Positions 41,959 to 56,601 of a stretch of DNA of 64,000 nucleotides are shown one piece after another. Made by a program: the position numbers and the translations under genes. The stretch comes from an uncultured Chlamydiales bacterium. GTDB lineage: Bacteria > Chlamydiota > Chlamydiia > Chlamydiales > JAAKFR01. Location of the stretch: contig OY969414.1 in NCBI GenBank assembly GCA_963699155.1, forward strand, positions 1,195,757-1,259,756, in the 5' to 3' direction. Numbering within the stretch: position 1 is the first letter of the stretch; every line of letters begins with the position of its first letter. Below the pieces are notes generated by a model, which did no database searches, was not told where the DNA came from, and saw only the letters and a program-made list of their open reading frames with translations.

Positions 41959-44900
41959 ATGCTAAAGAGACGGCCGGATAGGGTCAGCTTCGTCAAAAAG
42001 GAAGAGATTATCGATCTTCCCAATTTGATCGAGGTGCAGATTAAGTCATACAACCAGTTTCTGCAAATCGATAAATTTCCTGAAGAGCGGGAAAATATGG
42101 GATTGCAAGAGGTATTCACAGAAATATTTCCGATCAAATCCTACGATGAAAAAACTGTTTTAGAATATCTCTCCTATAACCTTGGAGTGCCCAAATACAC
42201 TCCAGAAGAGTGTATCCGGCGCGGGATCACCTACAATGTCACTCTAAAGGTCCGCTTCCGGCTGACAGACGAGACAGGTATTAAGGAAGAGGAAGTCTAC
42301 ATGGGGACGATCCCTGTGATGACCGAAAAAGGGACCTTTATCATCAATGGAGCTGAACGTGTGGTCGTCTCCCAGCTCCACCGTTCTCCTGGTATCAACT
42401 ATGAACAGGAAAGACATCCGAAAGGGATGATGCTCTAGCCTTCCGCATGATCCCTTACCGCGGAAGCTGGCTCGAGGCTGCTTTTGACTCGAACGATCTG
42501 ATCCATGTCTATATCGACCGTAAAAAACGGCGCCGCAAAATTCTTGCCACGACCTTTATCCGTGCTCTGGGCTACTCTTCGGATGCCGACATTATCGAAG
42601 AGTTTTTCACCACCTCCAACATGAAGGTGAAAAGTGAGAGCGAATTTGGCAAGCTGGTCGGTAAAATTTTAGCTGAAGACATTATCGATGCCGCTAGCGG
42701 CCTTGTCTATGGAAAAGCAGGCGAGAAGCTGAGCACAGCGATGCTCAAACGGATCGTCGATGCAGGCATCCACACCTTAAAAATCGCCCAAGATGCGGAT
42801 GAGAACCATCCGATCATCAAAATGTTGGCGAAAGACCCTACCGACTCCTATGAAGCTGCTTTAAAAGATTTCTATCGCAAAATCCGCCCCGGCGAACCTG
42901 CAACGCTCTCCAATGCACGTTCTGTCATCATGCGCCTCTTCTTCGATCCGAAACGCTATAACCTGGGGCGTGTAGGTCGCTATAAATTGAATCGTAAACT
43001 CGGTTTTGGCTCTAGTGAAGAAGAGCTTGCGATCGTTACCCTGCGTAAGGAAGATGTCATCGGAGCTTTAAAATATCTGATCCGCTTAAAAGCGGGTGAT
43101 GAAAATGCGAACGTCGACGACATCGACCACCTCGCAAACCGCCGTGTCCGTTCTGTCGGAGAGTTGATTCAGAACCAGTGCCGCGTCGGTTTGGCGCGCA
43201 TGGAGAAGATCATCCGCGAGCGGATGAACCTTTTTGATTTTTCTTCCGATACTTTGACACCTGGCAAAATTGTCTCTGCAAAGGGGCTGGCAGGTGTGCT
43301 GAAGGACTTTTTCGGCAGATCTCAGCTCTCCCAATTTATGGATCAGACCAATCCGGTTGCTGAATTGACCCACAAGCGGCGTCTTTCTGCTCTGGGACCT
43401 GGCGGTTTGAACCGAGAGCGTGCTGGTTTCGAAGTGCGCGACGTCCATTCTAGCCACTACGGAAGAATCTGTCCGATTGAAACACCTGAAGGTCCTAACA
43501 TCGGTCTGATCACCTCACTTTCGTCTTTCGCAAAGATCAATGAATTTGGCTTCATCGAAACCCCTTACCGGATGGTCCGAGACGGGGTTGTCACCGATGA
43601 GATTGAATATATGACTGCCGACGTGGAAGAGCAGTGCATCATTGCACAGGCCTCGGCACGGCTCGATGAGCATAATATGTTTAAAGATGAGATTTGCTGG
43701 GCTCGCTATAAAGGGGAGTCACTCGAGATCGAATCGAGCAAAGCGACCCATATGGATGTCTCGCCTAAGCAGCTCGTCTCTATCGTCACAGGCCTGATTC
43801 CCTTCTTGGAACATGATGACGCCAACCGGGCGTTGATGGGCTCGAACATGCAGCGTCAAGCGGTACCTCTTCTGATACCTGATGCCCCGATCGTCGGAAC
43901 AGGCTTGGAAGCTCGCTCTGCGCGCGATTCTGGAGCTGTTGTTATCGCTGATGAAGATGGGACAGTCGAATATGTCGATGGTCTCAAGATCGTAGTCGCC
44001 TCAAAACAAAATCCGATGGAGAAAAAAACCTATGAACTGAAAAAGTTCATGCGCTCCAATGCAGGGACCTGTATCAATCAGAAACCTCTCTGCGATGTGG
44101 GTGATAAGGTAAAAGCGGGTGACGTCATTGCCGATGGACCCGCGACCGATCGTGGCGAAATTGCACTCGGTAAAAACGTGCTCGTGGCCTTCATGCCTTG
44201 GTGTGGCTACAACTTTGAGGATGCGATCATCATCTCGGAAAAACTGCTTCGAGAGGATGCCTACACCTCAATCTACATCGAAGAGTTCGAGTTGACAGCG
44301 CGCGATACCAAACTGGGTAAGGAAGAGATCACCCGCGATATTCCGAACGTGTCGGAAGAGGCGCTCGCCAATCTGGGCGAAGATGGGATCATCCGCATCG
44401 GTTCCGAGGTGAAGCCTGGCGATATTTTAGTCGGGAAAATTACGCCGAAGTCTGAAACTGAGCTGGCTCCTGAAGAGCGACTCCTCCGCGCCATCTTTGG
44501 CGAAAAGGCCGCTGACGTCAAAGATGCCTCTCTGACTGTGCCACCAGGCACCGAAGGGGTTGTCATGGATGTGAAGGTCTTCAGCCGCAGAGACCGCCTC
44601 TCCAAAACAGATGATGAGCTGGTCGAAGAGGCCTCCCATCTGAAAGATCTGCAGAAAGAGTACAAACAGCGGATGACGATCCTGAAGATGGAGCGTCATG
44701 AAAAATTGGGGGCCCTTCTTATGGGTGAGAAGGCGCCTGCGCCGATCATCCATCGCCGTACCGCAGAAGAGATTGTAGCTCAGGGAGCGCTCTTTACTCA
44801 GGAGATGATCGAGACCTTCGAGCATGAAGATCCGATCGATCTCATCATGCCTCCACACGATCTCTACGAGATGCTCCGCTCGATCTTGCGTGACTATGAG

Positions 44901-45722
44901 ATCCAGCTGCAGAAGCTCGAGATGAAACACAAGACTGAGATCGAACTACTTCGCAAAGGGGATACCGATCTCGATCCAGGTGTCATCCGTCAAGTCAAGG
45001 TCTACATCGCCTCGAAGCGCAAGCTGCAGGTGGGCGATAAGATGGCAGGTCGTCACGGTAACAAAGGGGTTGTCTCTAAGATCGTGAACGAGGCCGATAT
45101 GCCCTACCTTCCCGATGGCCAGACGATCGAAATCATTCTGAACCCGCTTGGGGTACCTTCTCGAATGAACATCGGGCAGGTGTTGGAAACCCACCTCGGC
45201 TTTGCTGCCAAGAAGGCGGGCATCTTTGTGAAGAGCGCCGTCTTTGAGGGATTCCCTGAAGACCGTATCTGGGAGATGATGAAAGAGCAAAAATTGCCTG
45301 AGGATGGCAAATCTTATCTCTATGATGGCCGCAATGGAGAGCGATTCGATAACAAAGTGGTTATCGGATACATCTATATGCTGAAATTGAGCCACCTAGT
45401 GGCCGATAAGATCCACGCCCGCTCGATCGGCCCCTACTCCCTCGTCACCCAACAGCCTCTCGGCGGTAAAGCCCAGATGGGGGGACAACGATTTGGGGAG
45501 ATGGAGGTGTGGGCGCTCGAAGCCTATGGTGCTGCACACGTATTGCAGGAAATCTTGACCGTGAAATCGGACGACGTCTCAGGGCGTACCCGCATTTATG
45601 AGTCAATCGTGAAAGGAGAGAATCTCCTTAAAGCCGGAACGCCAGAGTCCTTTAACGTCTTGATCAAAGAGATGCAAGGCTTGGCGCTAGACGTGCGTCC
45701 ATTAACTGTCGAAGAAGATTGA
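41959..45722 (+). CDS. rpoB: RNA polymerase beta subunit (one break near 42435)
   Basis: [49 protein letters not shown]. Confidence 0.97.
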
Positions 45723-45741
45723 GCAAGAGAGGAGATTGTAC

Positions 45742-49892
<4,151 letters not shown>

Positions 49893-49897
49893 GAAAA

Positions 49898-49923
49898 AGA
49901 GCCCAGGTTCACCCCTGGGCTCT
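49898..49923 (+). terminator. Hairpin after rpoC, putative terminator
   Basis: agagcccagg-ttcacc-cctgggctct; weak U-tract. Confidence 0.5.
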
Positions 49924-49940
49924 CTAACAAAGGAAACCCT

Positions 49941-50306
49941 ATGTCCCTCAAACCCGTCACCTTCTGCCAAGTCTATAATGAATATGGCACCGAAGGCCTT
50001 ACTGAGGAAGGGAAGTCTACGCGAAAAATCATGATTGGCTGCATCGCCGGAGGAATTGGCGGGGTTGTTTCCGGTGCATTAGTCATCGTTCTAGCTATTC
50101 TCTTTCCCAGCCACCCTTTTCTCAATATGTGGCAAATGCCCCCAGTAACTTTCACAGCGATCGTCGCCACTTCAGGATCTATCATGGCGTTGTGTGGCTC
50201 CATCCTCGCTATACTCTATACTTATCTTGGCTATTGCCACCCCATGAGTGAGGAGAACATGAACCATGAGGTCCATCCCGATATCATCCCCCAGCTCCGC
50301 GCCTAG
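49941..50306 (+). CDS. Small two-TM protein (Inc-like topology)
   Basis: RBS-like aagga upstream; two hydrophobic segments; no signal peptide. Confidence 0.6.
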   Translation: MSLKPVTFCQVYNEYGTEGLTEEGKSTRKIMIGCIAGGIGGVVSGALVIVLAILFPSHPFLNMWQMPPVTFTAIVATSGSIMALCGSILAILYTYLGYCHPMSEENMNHEVHPDIIPQLRA

Positions 50307-50439
50307 TTCTTATCGTTCCTATCGTTGTATCGTTCAAATCGTTTTCTGGTTTCGACGCATTTGACATGAAATTTCTTATCCAAAATTGGCGTTTTTTTAT
50401 GAACATCCTGTATGAGATGAGAAAAAGCGAGGAGACTCA

Positions 50440-51183
50440 ATGAAAAGCATTTCACTGTTAGCACTGCTGTTGTTCATATCCGCTAGTTCACTGCCTAGTG
50501 TGGGAACTGAGGAGAGCATGGGTAGGGTTGATGGCATCGAGATCAATGTGGCAGTACAGGGACCAGCGACGCAGGAGACACCTTTACAGGTTGCCTGTCT
50601 GTTTGAGTATACGGAAGGCGATATTTACAAATCGCCCCCTGCATTACCAAAAGAGTTGAATGGGATGGTCCATCTGGATGAAGCATTGAATGGACTCATT
50701 ACCGAGATACGCAAGACAAATAAATTTAGGGGAGAGCTCTTAGAAACACTACTCATTACACCTCCACCCAATACGGTGAAGGCAAAAAGATTACTGCTGA
50801 TCGGTCTTGGAAATAGGGACAGCTTCAAACCTGAAATCATGCGGATGGTCGGTGTTGTAGGGATGCGAGAAGCGTTGAGAATGGGGGTTTCGAGCTACGC
50901 GCATGCGAGCGACTTAAAGGATGCGGGGATCTCTTCGCCCACAGCTGAAGTGGCTGAGTTTGCGATCAAGGGAGCGATAGAGGCTTACCGTACACAACTC
51001 TTTTTAAAAGAGCGGAATGCTTCGGAGAATTTAACCGTAAATAAAATGACTCTTCTAGCCGGACCAGCCTTAGAAAGTATCGTGGGAAGTTTGAAAAGCT
51101 TAGCTGTCTTAGCCAAGATGGCTGTGTTATGCATAATGGACAGACGATCATGGCTTTGGACTCCAAAGTACATGGCCGGCTGA
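50440..51183 (+). CDS. Exported protein with an M17-peptidase N-terminal-like domain; C-terminus probably non-native after ~51070
   Basis: RBS gaggag; signal peptide; LDEALNGLITEIR..F.G..LETLLI..KAKRLLLIGLG. Confidence 0.7.
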   Translation: MKSISLLALLLFISASSLPSVGTEESMGRVDGIEINVAVQGPATQETPLQVACLFEYTEGDIYKSPPALPKELNGMVHLDEALNGLITEIRKTNKFRGELLETLLITPPPNTVKAKRLLLIGLGNRDSFKPEIMRMVGVVGMREALRMGVSSYAHASDLKDAGISSPTAEVAEFAIKGAIEAYRTQLFLKERNASENLTVNKMTLLAGPALESIVGSLKSLAVLAKMAVLCIMDRRSWLWTPKYMAG

Positions 51184-51239
51184 AAGTCTATCAAAGCGAG
51201 CGCACAATTCTGAGGGGTTAGCATTTCTCTCATACTCAT
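51070..51239 (-). pseudogene. Truncated YcaC-like isochorismatase/hydrolase
   Basis: LTPQNCALALIDFQPAM.FGVQS..N..LAKTAKLF.LPTILS, after which homology is lost. Confidence 0.75.
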
Positions 51240-51337
51240 AACAACCTACCTTTTAGCGGGAAACTAGGCAAAATGAGCTAGATTGTCAATAAAAAATTTA
51301 CTTGTTAGGATAGACTTAACTATTTTGGAGGGTTTTT

Positions 51338-51913
51338 ATGGCAGTTGAAAAAGAATTAGATGGCTCGGTTCTTGAAATTTTGACAAAGCCTGAAGTCAGA
51401 AAAGAATTTAAACAAAATCCGCGAGAATGTCTCAAAAAGCACAATATTAAATGGAGCGATGACCGAGAAATTAAAGTCTCCGAAGATACAGACAAAAAAA
51501 TCTATTTTACCATTAGGGTAATGAAAGATCCAAAATTATTGGATCAAATCGAGCTACCTGAGAACTTAAAAAAATTCTATAGAGAACTGTACCAATCACC
51601 CGAGCTCCGTGCTCGATTGCAACGCAATCCAAAAGAAGTTTTTAAATCGTTTAATATTGATTTTCCGAGTGACAAAGAGATTATTGTTCTTGAAGATAGC
51701 GATCAGCTTTTTAATTTTGTTCTTCCAGATTCATCAGAAATTAGTGAAGCGGAATTAGCTCAACTAGCAGGTGGGGTAACAACCAAGAAGAGTACCTCAA
51801 CAGATCTGATTGTCGCTGGTGTCGTCTTATGCAGTTTGAATCTCTTTGTGGGTGCTGGATTTATTATTGCGGGTGCTGTCCTTAAAAGTAGAGAGGCTCA
51901 AACCAAAAATTAA
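51338..51913 (+). CDS. NHLP-leader RiPP-precursor-like protein with two tandem leader domains and a double-glycine site
   Basis: GGAGG RBS; two PE.R..(F/L)..NP.E.....I......I.V.ED domains; EISEAELAQLAGG followed by a 45-aa hydrophobic core. Confidence 0.8.
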   Translation: MAVEKELDGSVLEILTKPEVRKEFKQNPRECLKKHNIKWSDDREIKVSEDTDKKIYFTIRVMKDPKLLDQIELPENLKKFYRELYQSPELRARLQRNPKEVFKSFNIDFPSDKEIIVLEDSDQLFNFVLPDSSEISEAELAQLAGGVTTKKSTSTDLIVAGVVLCSLNLFVGAGFIIAGAVLKSREAQTKN

Positions 51914-51917
51914 TAAC

Positions 51918-52807
51918 TCAAATTCTTGCCGAGTTAGAGCGGCCACTCCCAGGTGTGTAGCTTTGGGGAGTGGGACGAGGAGCTACTTGCCGAGGAGGAG
52001 GTTCTTGTCTGGGAGGAGGGTCGGGGTTTCTCACCACCATGCCCACAAGACCGATAGATCGCTTTTGAGGTAACCTGAATTCCTCTCTCTTCTGGGCGGG
52101 CTTTGGAGCAGGCTGTTGAACCGGCCTTGAAGAGGGTGGGGGCACAATTTTACTGGGCTGAGGGGGAGAAGTTGTCACTACAGGCTGCGGGCTATAAGGG
52201 GTAAAATCAACGGCTCTTGGCATAGGAGGAGCTGTCACTACAGGCTGTGGAGTGTATGGGGTGAAATCGACATGGCTTGTTACAGAAAAGGATGGCGAGT
52301 CTGTGAATCCACTGAACATAGTAGAGGAATCCGTAGGCGTTGCGTATGGGGTATATTCACCGTACTTGACGAGCTCCCTCCGCTATAAGGAACATAATCA
52401 GACTCTGTTGACGAAGGTGAGTGCAGGATATCGGAAGCGGCATCGTCGAGTGTGCTTTTAAAATCAGAAAAGACTATACCTCCAAAAGCTGCTGCTTCAG
52501 TTGCCTTTTCGATAGATTGAGCGAGAATGAGGCCATTGGCATAGCTTGGAGTAAACATAGACCCTCCCAAACCATCAATTCCAACCGCAACAGCAGCGCC
52601 ATCTTGGAGCAGAGTTGACTTGTTCATGAGCTCTGCCACTTTTAGAGCTGTTTCTGCCGCATGAATTTCCTCATCGACTTTGGTAAAATCGGGGTAACCA
52701 AAGCCTTTCGAGGCGAAATAGCTATCTATCAAAGCATTCTTAGCTCTGTTCGCAGCATCCAATCTCGCCTGTGCGGCTTGGATAGGGCCATTTAATGGTG
52801 GTGCCAT
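51918..52807 (-). CDS. Hypothetical protein with Pro/Ser-rich repetitive C-terminus (one frameshift near 52340)
   Basis: Two collinear ORFs; repeated VDFTPY(T/S)PQPVVT. Confidence 0.55.
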
Positions 52808-52899
52808 TCATTTCCTCATTTGCTTAATTTTCTCATTTCCAGTAAATTCTATAGTTTCAAGTTAATTTCGAGCTAATTATTTTTAATTAAGGAGAAGAG

Positions 52900-54230
52900 A
52901 TGGCAGCCGCTTCATCAGTATCATCACACAGTATAAAGAGAGCTCCTTCACAGGATGCGAGAGGAGCACCCGCAAGGGGACAAAATGGTGAAGTAGCTCG
53001 GGTCGTGCAAACATCTCTAGCTAGTCAAAGCCCTCCTACTCAACTCCCAGCAGATCTGCTCTCTGAATGCTGCAAGAAAGGGGATATTGCTGTTGTGAGA
53101 AGGGCCATTGAGAGGGGAGCGCGTCCCGATGCCCAAACTCTCACTTGGGCTTGTCACTCAAAGAAATATGAAATTGTAGAGGCTGTAGTCGCAGTGGGAG
53201 CCAAACCGGATGGTGAGACGCTGACAACTGCTTGTGCAACAGGTAATCCCGCCATTGTCATGAAAATTCTCTCTTTGGGCGCCACACCCTCTTTTAATAC
53301 GAAAAGAATCGCTGAAAAGAGTCGAAATGATGAGATTATTCGAATGATCTATACTTTGAGGAGCGAAAGTTCTCCCTGGTCCAGTACCTCAGAAGATCCC
53401 TTCAAACCCAATAAAGAGGATTTATTTAAAAAGCAGCAAGAGACTATTCGGGCGATTGAGCAAAATACCCTAGATCGTCAAATGGAAGCTCATCATTGGA
53501 ACTTGTTAGGGGGCTATTTGCTTCGAGGACAAACGGTCAATGTCAGAGGTAAACCCTACACTCAAAAGGATACCGCCTTAGAAGCTATATCTCTAGAGTA
53601 TCCAGGTAAGTTCGATGCTCATTTAGTCCTCGCATCAATTCTTCCAGATGGAGAAAAGATCCTAATGCCTGATGGAAAATGGATGACAAAGAAGCAGCTT
53701 TGCAAAAAGGCTATGGCCATCGATGGAGGCCAACCCCATACTACGGCCGTCTTGTAGAGATGATGGCGGAGGGAGAGCGGCTTGCATTAGTCCCACAGGG
53801 CCTTCCAATGACAAAGCAGGAGATCCTTCTCCATGGACTTGGCATTTTGGGTCGTTGGAAAGGGTTTATCTATTACCCTCTTGCATTAACCCTTCCTGAT
53901 CTGGGGGCCTCTATCCAAGTAGGGGGCGTAATGATGACACAAGAGGCGCTATTGCTAGAAAGCATACGTGAGCTGGCCGGTTTTGCTTTAGCTTGCTACG
54001 TACTTGCTCACCGTCTTCCAGATCAGAGAACCGTCAAATTGCATGATGGAAGGAAAATGTCAAAGCAACAGCTATACTGCGAGGCATTAGCAAGAAACTT
54101 CCCCTGTCCTGCATTGGTCCATCACGATCTGGGGCGTTCTCTTCCTGTGGGGGGAAGAATTCAGGTGCCACCAGATAACCGCATCATGACGAGGGAAGAG
54201 CTTCTCACGAGTAGAGCCTATAACATCTGA
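52900..54230 (+). CDS. Ankyrin-like plus helical-repeat protein, effector candidate (frameshift near 53740)
   Basis: Ser/Ala-rich N-terminus; three L..AC..G/K....V...GA.P units; then ~6 units with a (M/Y)(T/S)xxxL motif. Confidence 0.65.
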
Positions 54231-54270
54231 CACTACTGTTTGTAGATGTCGACACCGCTGCTTTTTTTTA

Positions 54271-56577
54271 TCAATGTTTGTAGGTCTCGACCCGTTTAAG
54301 CCAGCCTGAGAGCCATTTGCCTTCTTGGTCGGGGTTGGGGGAGTTTTGGACGCGGAGGATGAGGAGCTCCTTGGCCGATTCGGCGAAATCGTAGACGATG
54401 TGAGGGGATTTGGGTGAGACGCGCTGCAGGACCTGGAGGAGGCCCCACCCTTGGCCATTATAGCGCTCCTTGGGAGAGGTGCCAGCGCCTTTGAAGTTGA
54501 GATAATCGACGAGGGCGTAGAGGCCATTGGAAGTGTTGGCCAGCTTGTAAAAGACGCGGATGGCATTTTCGCGCTCTGCATTGGGGAGATAGATCACAAT
54601 TTCTGGAAGTCTTCTTTCAAAGCGCTTGGCGAGGAAAATAGCCTGAAATTTTCTTGTGTCGACAAGGAATTGGCGCAAAGATTTCATCTGCGGGCTATTG
54701 ATGTTGTGATAGAACTCCTCACGAGAATTCCAGGGACAGGCTTCTGCCTCGCGCAGCCACTCGGGAATGGGTAGGTTAAGTTCCATCAGATAGTGGAGAA
54801 ATTCGGGAAATATCTCTTCGAAAGGACCTCTATAATTGGCGGGATACCAGATAAAATGGCCAATCCCAAAAGAGCCGAAATTTTCGCCTTTGTTCCAGTG
54901 AATGAGGTAGTCGATACTCCCGCCGCATTCGTTATACCAGATTTTGTCTGCAATCTTAATGGCATCTCTTTCATTGATGGTGAAGGAAAAGCCATCACCC
55001 CTCTTTTTGATGGTTTCTAGGGCAGATAAGAGGGAGGGGGGTGTTGGACTATAGGTGGCCAGAATTAAATCAGCACCGGGAAAGAGCGTCACATCGATCG
55101 GATCGCGTGCCGCGATGAGAATGACCGGTTTTCCCATTTCGATTAACTGCTGTAAAAATGCTTCTTGCTCAGGTTGATTCCAAGCATTAGAGCTGAAGAG
55201 GCAGAGAATATCGGCCTTGCTGGCCTCTTCGATCAATGGGGATGAAGGGTGCTTCTTTGAAAAAAAGATAATCGAGCTCTCTTTGCCGAAGGGTATAGAG
55301 AGTTGCCGTAGATGCGGCTCTAGACTGTCTGGAGCAAAGATTGCGACCGATCGTTGGCTGAGTGAGGGAATAAAAAAGAACTCATGTTTAATGGTGCGAA
55401 TCGCCTCTGCAGCAATTTTTTTTGCCAGTTGCTCATGGTTCGCTTTATTGAAAGAAGGGGCTTCTGACCTATCTAAGGAGCGCTCTTTTAACTGAATCAG
55501 CCTCGAAACAGATTCCTCGATCCTTTTTTCAGAAAGGCGTCCGCTTTTCACAGCATCCACGATGGCCAGATGGATGCGCTGCACATCATGAGGGGATAGC
55601 TCTTTTGAAAGATCTGCTCCAATCAATTGTTTCCCTCCCAAAAGAAGAAGATTACTACCTGCAGCAATGGCTTGGATCGCTGCTTCTTCAATCGAGCTGC
55701 AGCATTTCAGAAGTCCCTCCATCACCAAGGAGTCGGCGATGATGATTCCTGGAAAGCCGATCTCTTCTCTCAAATAAGAAAGAATTTTTGGCGAGAGTGT
55801 GGCGCATTTTTCTGAATCGAGTGCAGGAACAAGAATATGACCTGTCAAAATCGTATCGCACTCGGAGGCAAGCTGGGCGAAGGGAAGAAGTTCCCTTACT
55901 TTCAGCTCCTCCAAGGGCTTCTTCACAGTCGGCAAATCGAAGTGCGAATCGACCCCGACATCACCATGACCGGGAAAATGTTTGAGTGAGCTCACGATTC
56001 CCGCTTGTCTGTAACCCTCTAGAGTCGGTTTGGCAAACCGAATGACCGTTTCAGGATCTTCGCCAAATGAGCGGATCCCGATGACAGGGTTGCGAGGGTT
56101 GGAATTGACATCGACGACAGGGGAGAGATTCAGATTGACACCCACAGCTTTCAACTCGGAGCCCATGGCAAGAGCACTTTCTTCAGCCCACTCTGGTTTG
56201 CCAGCCATAGCAAGAGCGCGATTACCTGGGAAGAGAGTAAAGCCCTCCGTCAAACGGGTAACCTGGCCTCCTTCCTGATCGACAACGATCCAGAGGGGGA
56301 TAGGAAGGCGGTTTTCGCACGCGATCGCTTGCAGACCATCGCTGAGGAGACGCACTTGGTGCGGTGACTTAAGCCCATTCGCCCAATTATAGTAGATGAT
56401 CCCTCCGATATGGACCTCTCGGATCAGAAAATGGGCATCCTGATTGGCCTCTTCACCATAGAAGTGAGCCACAAGAAGTTGTCCCACTTTCTCTTCAAGG
56501 GTCATTTGATCGATCGTAGATGAACCAAAACAGGGAAAGAGTGCTAAAATAGCGGCAAACGCAAAAAATGGTCGCAT
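54271..56577 (-). CDS. GH3 beta-N-acetylhexosaminidase (NagZ-like) with an extra ~240-aa C-terminal domain
   Basis: Signal peptide; MTLEEKVGQL, VDQEGG, PVVDVN.NP.NPVIG.RSFG, and the NagZ signature KHFPGHG....DSH. Confidence 0.88.
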   Translation of the reverse strand: MRPFFAFAAILALFPCFGSSTIDQMTLEEKVGQLLVAHFYGEEANQDAHFLIREVHIGGIIYYNWANGLKSPHQVRLLSDGLQAIACENRLPIPLWIVVDQEGGQVTRLTEGFTLFPGNRALAMAGKPEWAEESALAMGSELKAVGVNLNLSPVVDVNSNPRNPVIGIRSFGEDPETVIRFAKPTLEGYRQAGIVSSLKHFPGHGDVGVDSHFDLPTVKKPLEELKVRELLPFAQLASECDTILTGHILVPALDSEKCATLSPKILSYLREEIGFPGIIIADSLVMEGLLKCCSSIEEAAIQAIAAGSNLLLLGGKQLIGADLSKELSPHDVQRIHLAIVDAVKSGRLSEKRIEESVSRLIQLKERSLDRSEAPSFNKANHEQLAKKIAAEAIRTIKHEFFFIPSLSQRSVAIFAPDSLEPHLRQLSIPFGKESSIIFFSKKHPSSPLIEEASKADILCLFSSNAWNQPEQEAFLQQLIEMGKPVILIAARDPIDVTLFPGADLILATYSPTPPSLLSALETIKKRGDGFSFTINERDAIKIADKIWYNECGGSIDYLIHWNKGENFGSFGIGHFIWYPANYRGPFEEIFPEFLHYLMELNLPIPEWLREAEACPWNSREEFYHNINSPQMKSLRQFLVDTRKFQAIFLAKRFERRLPEIVIYLPNAERENAIRVFYKLANTSNGLYALVDYLNFKGAGTSPKERYNGQGWGLLQVLQRVSPKSPHIVYDFAESAKELLILRVQNSPNPDQEGKWLSGWLKRVETYKH

Positions 56578-56601
56578 GGTCAGAGCAGTATAGACTAACT
56601 G

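Noticed and set aside
50307..50346. atcgtt x4 microrepeat
   Set aside because: Too short and irregular to support a function.
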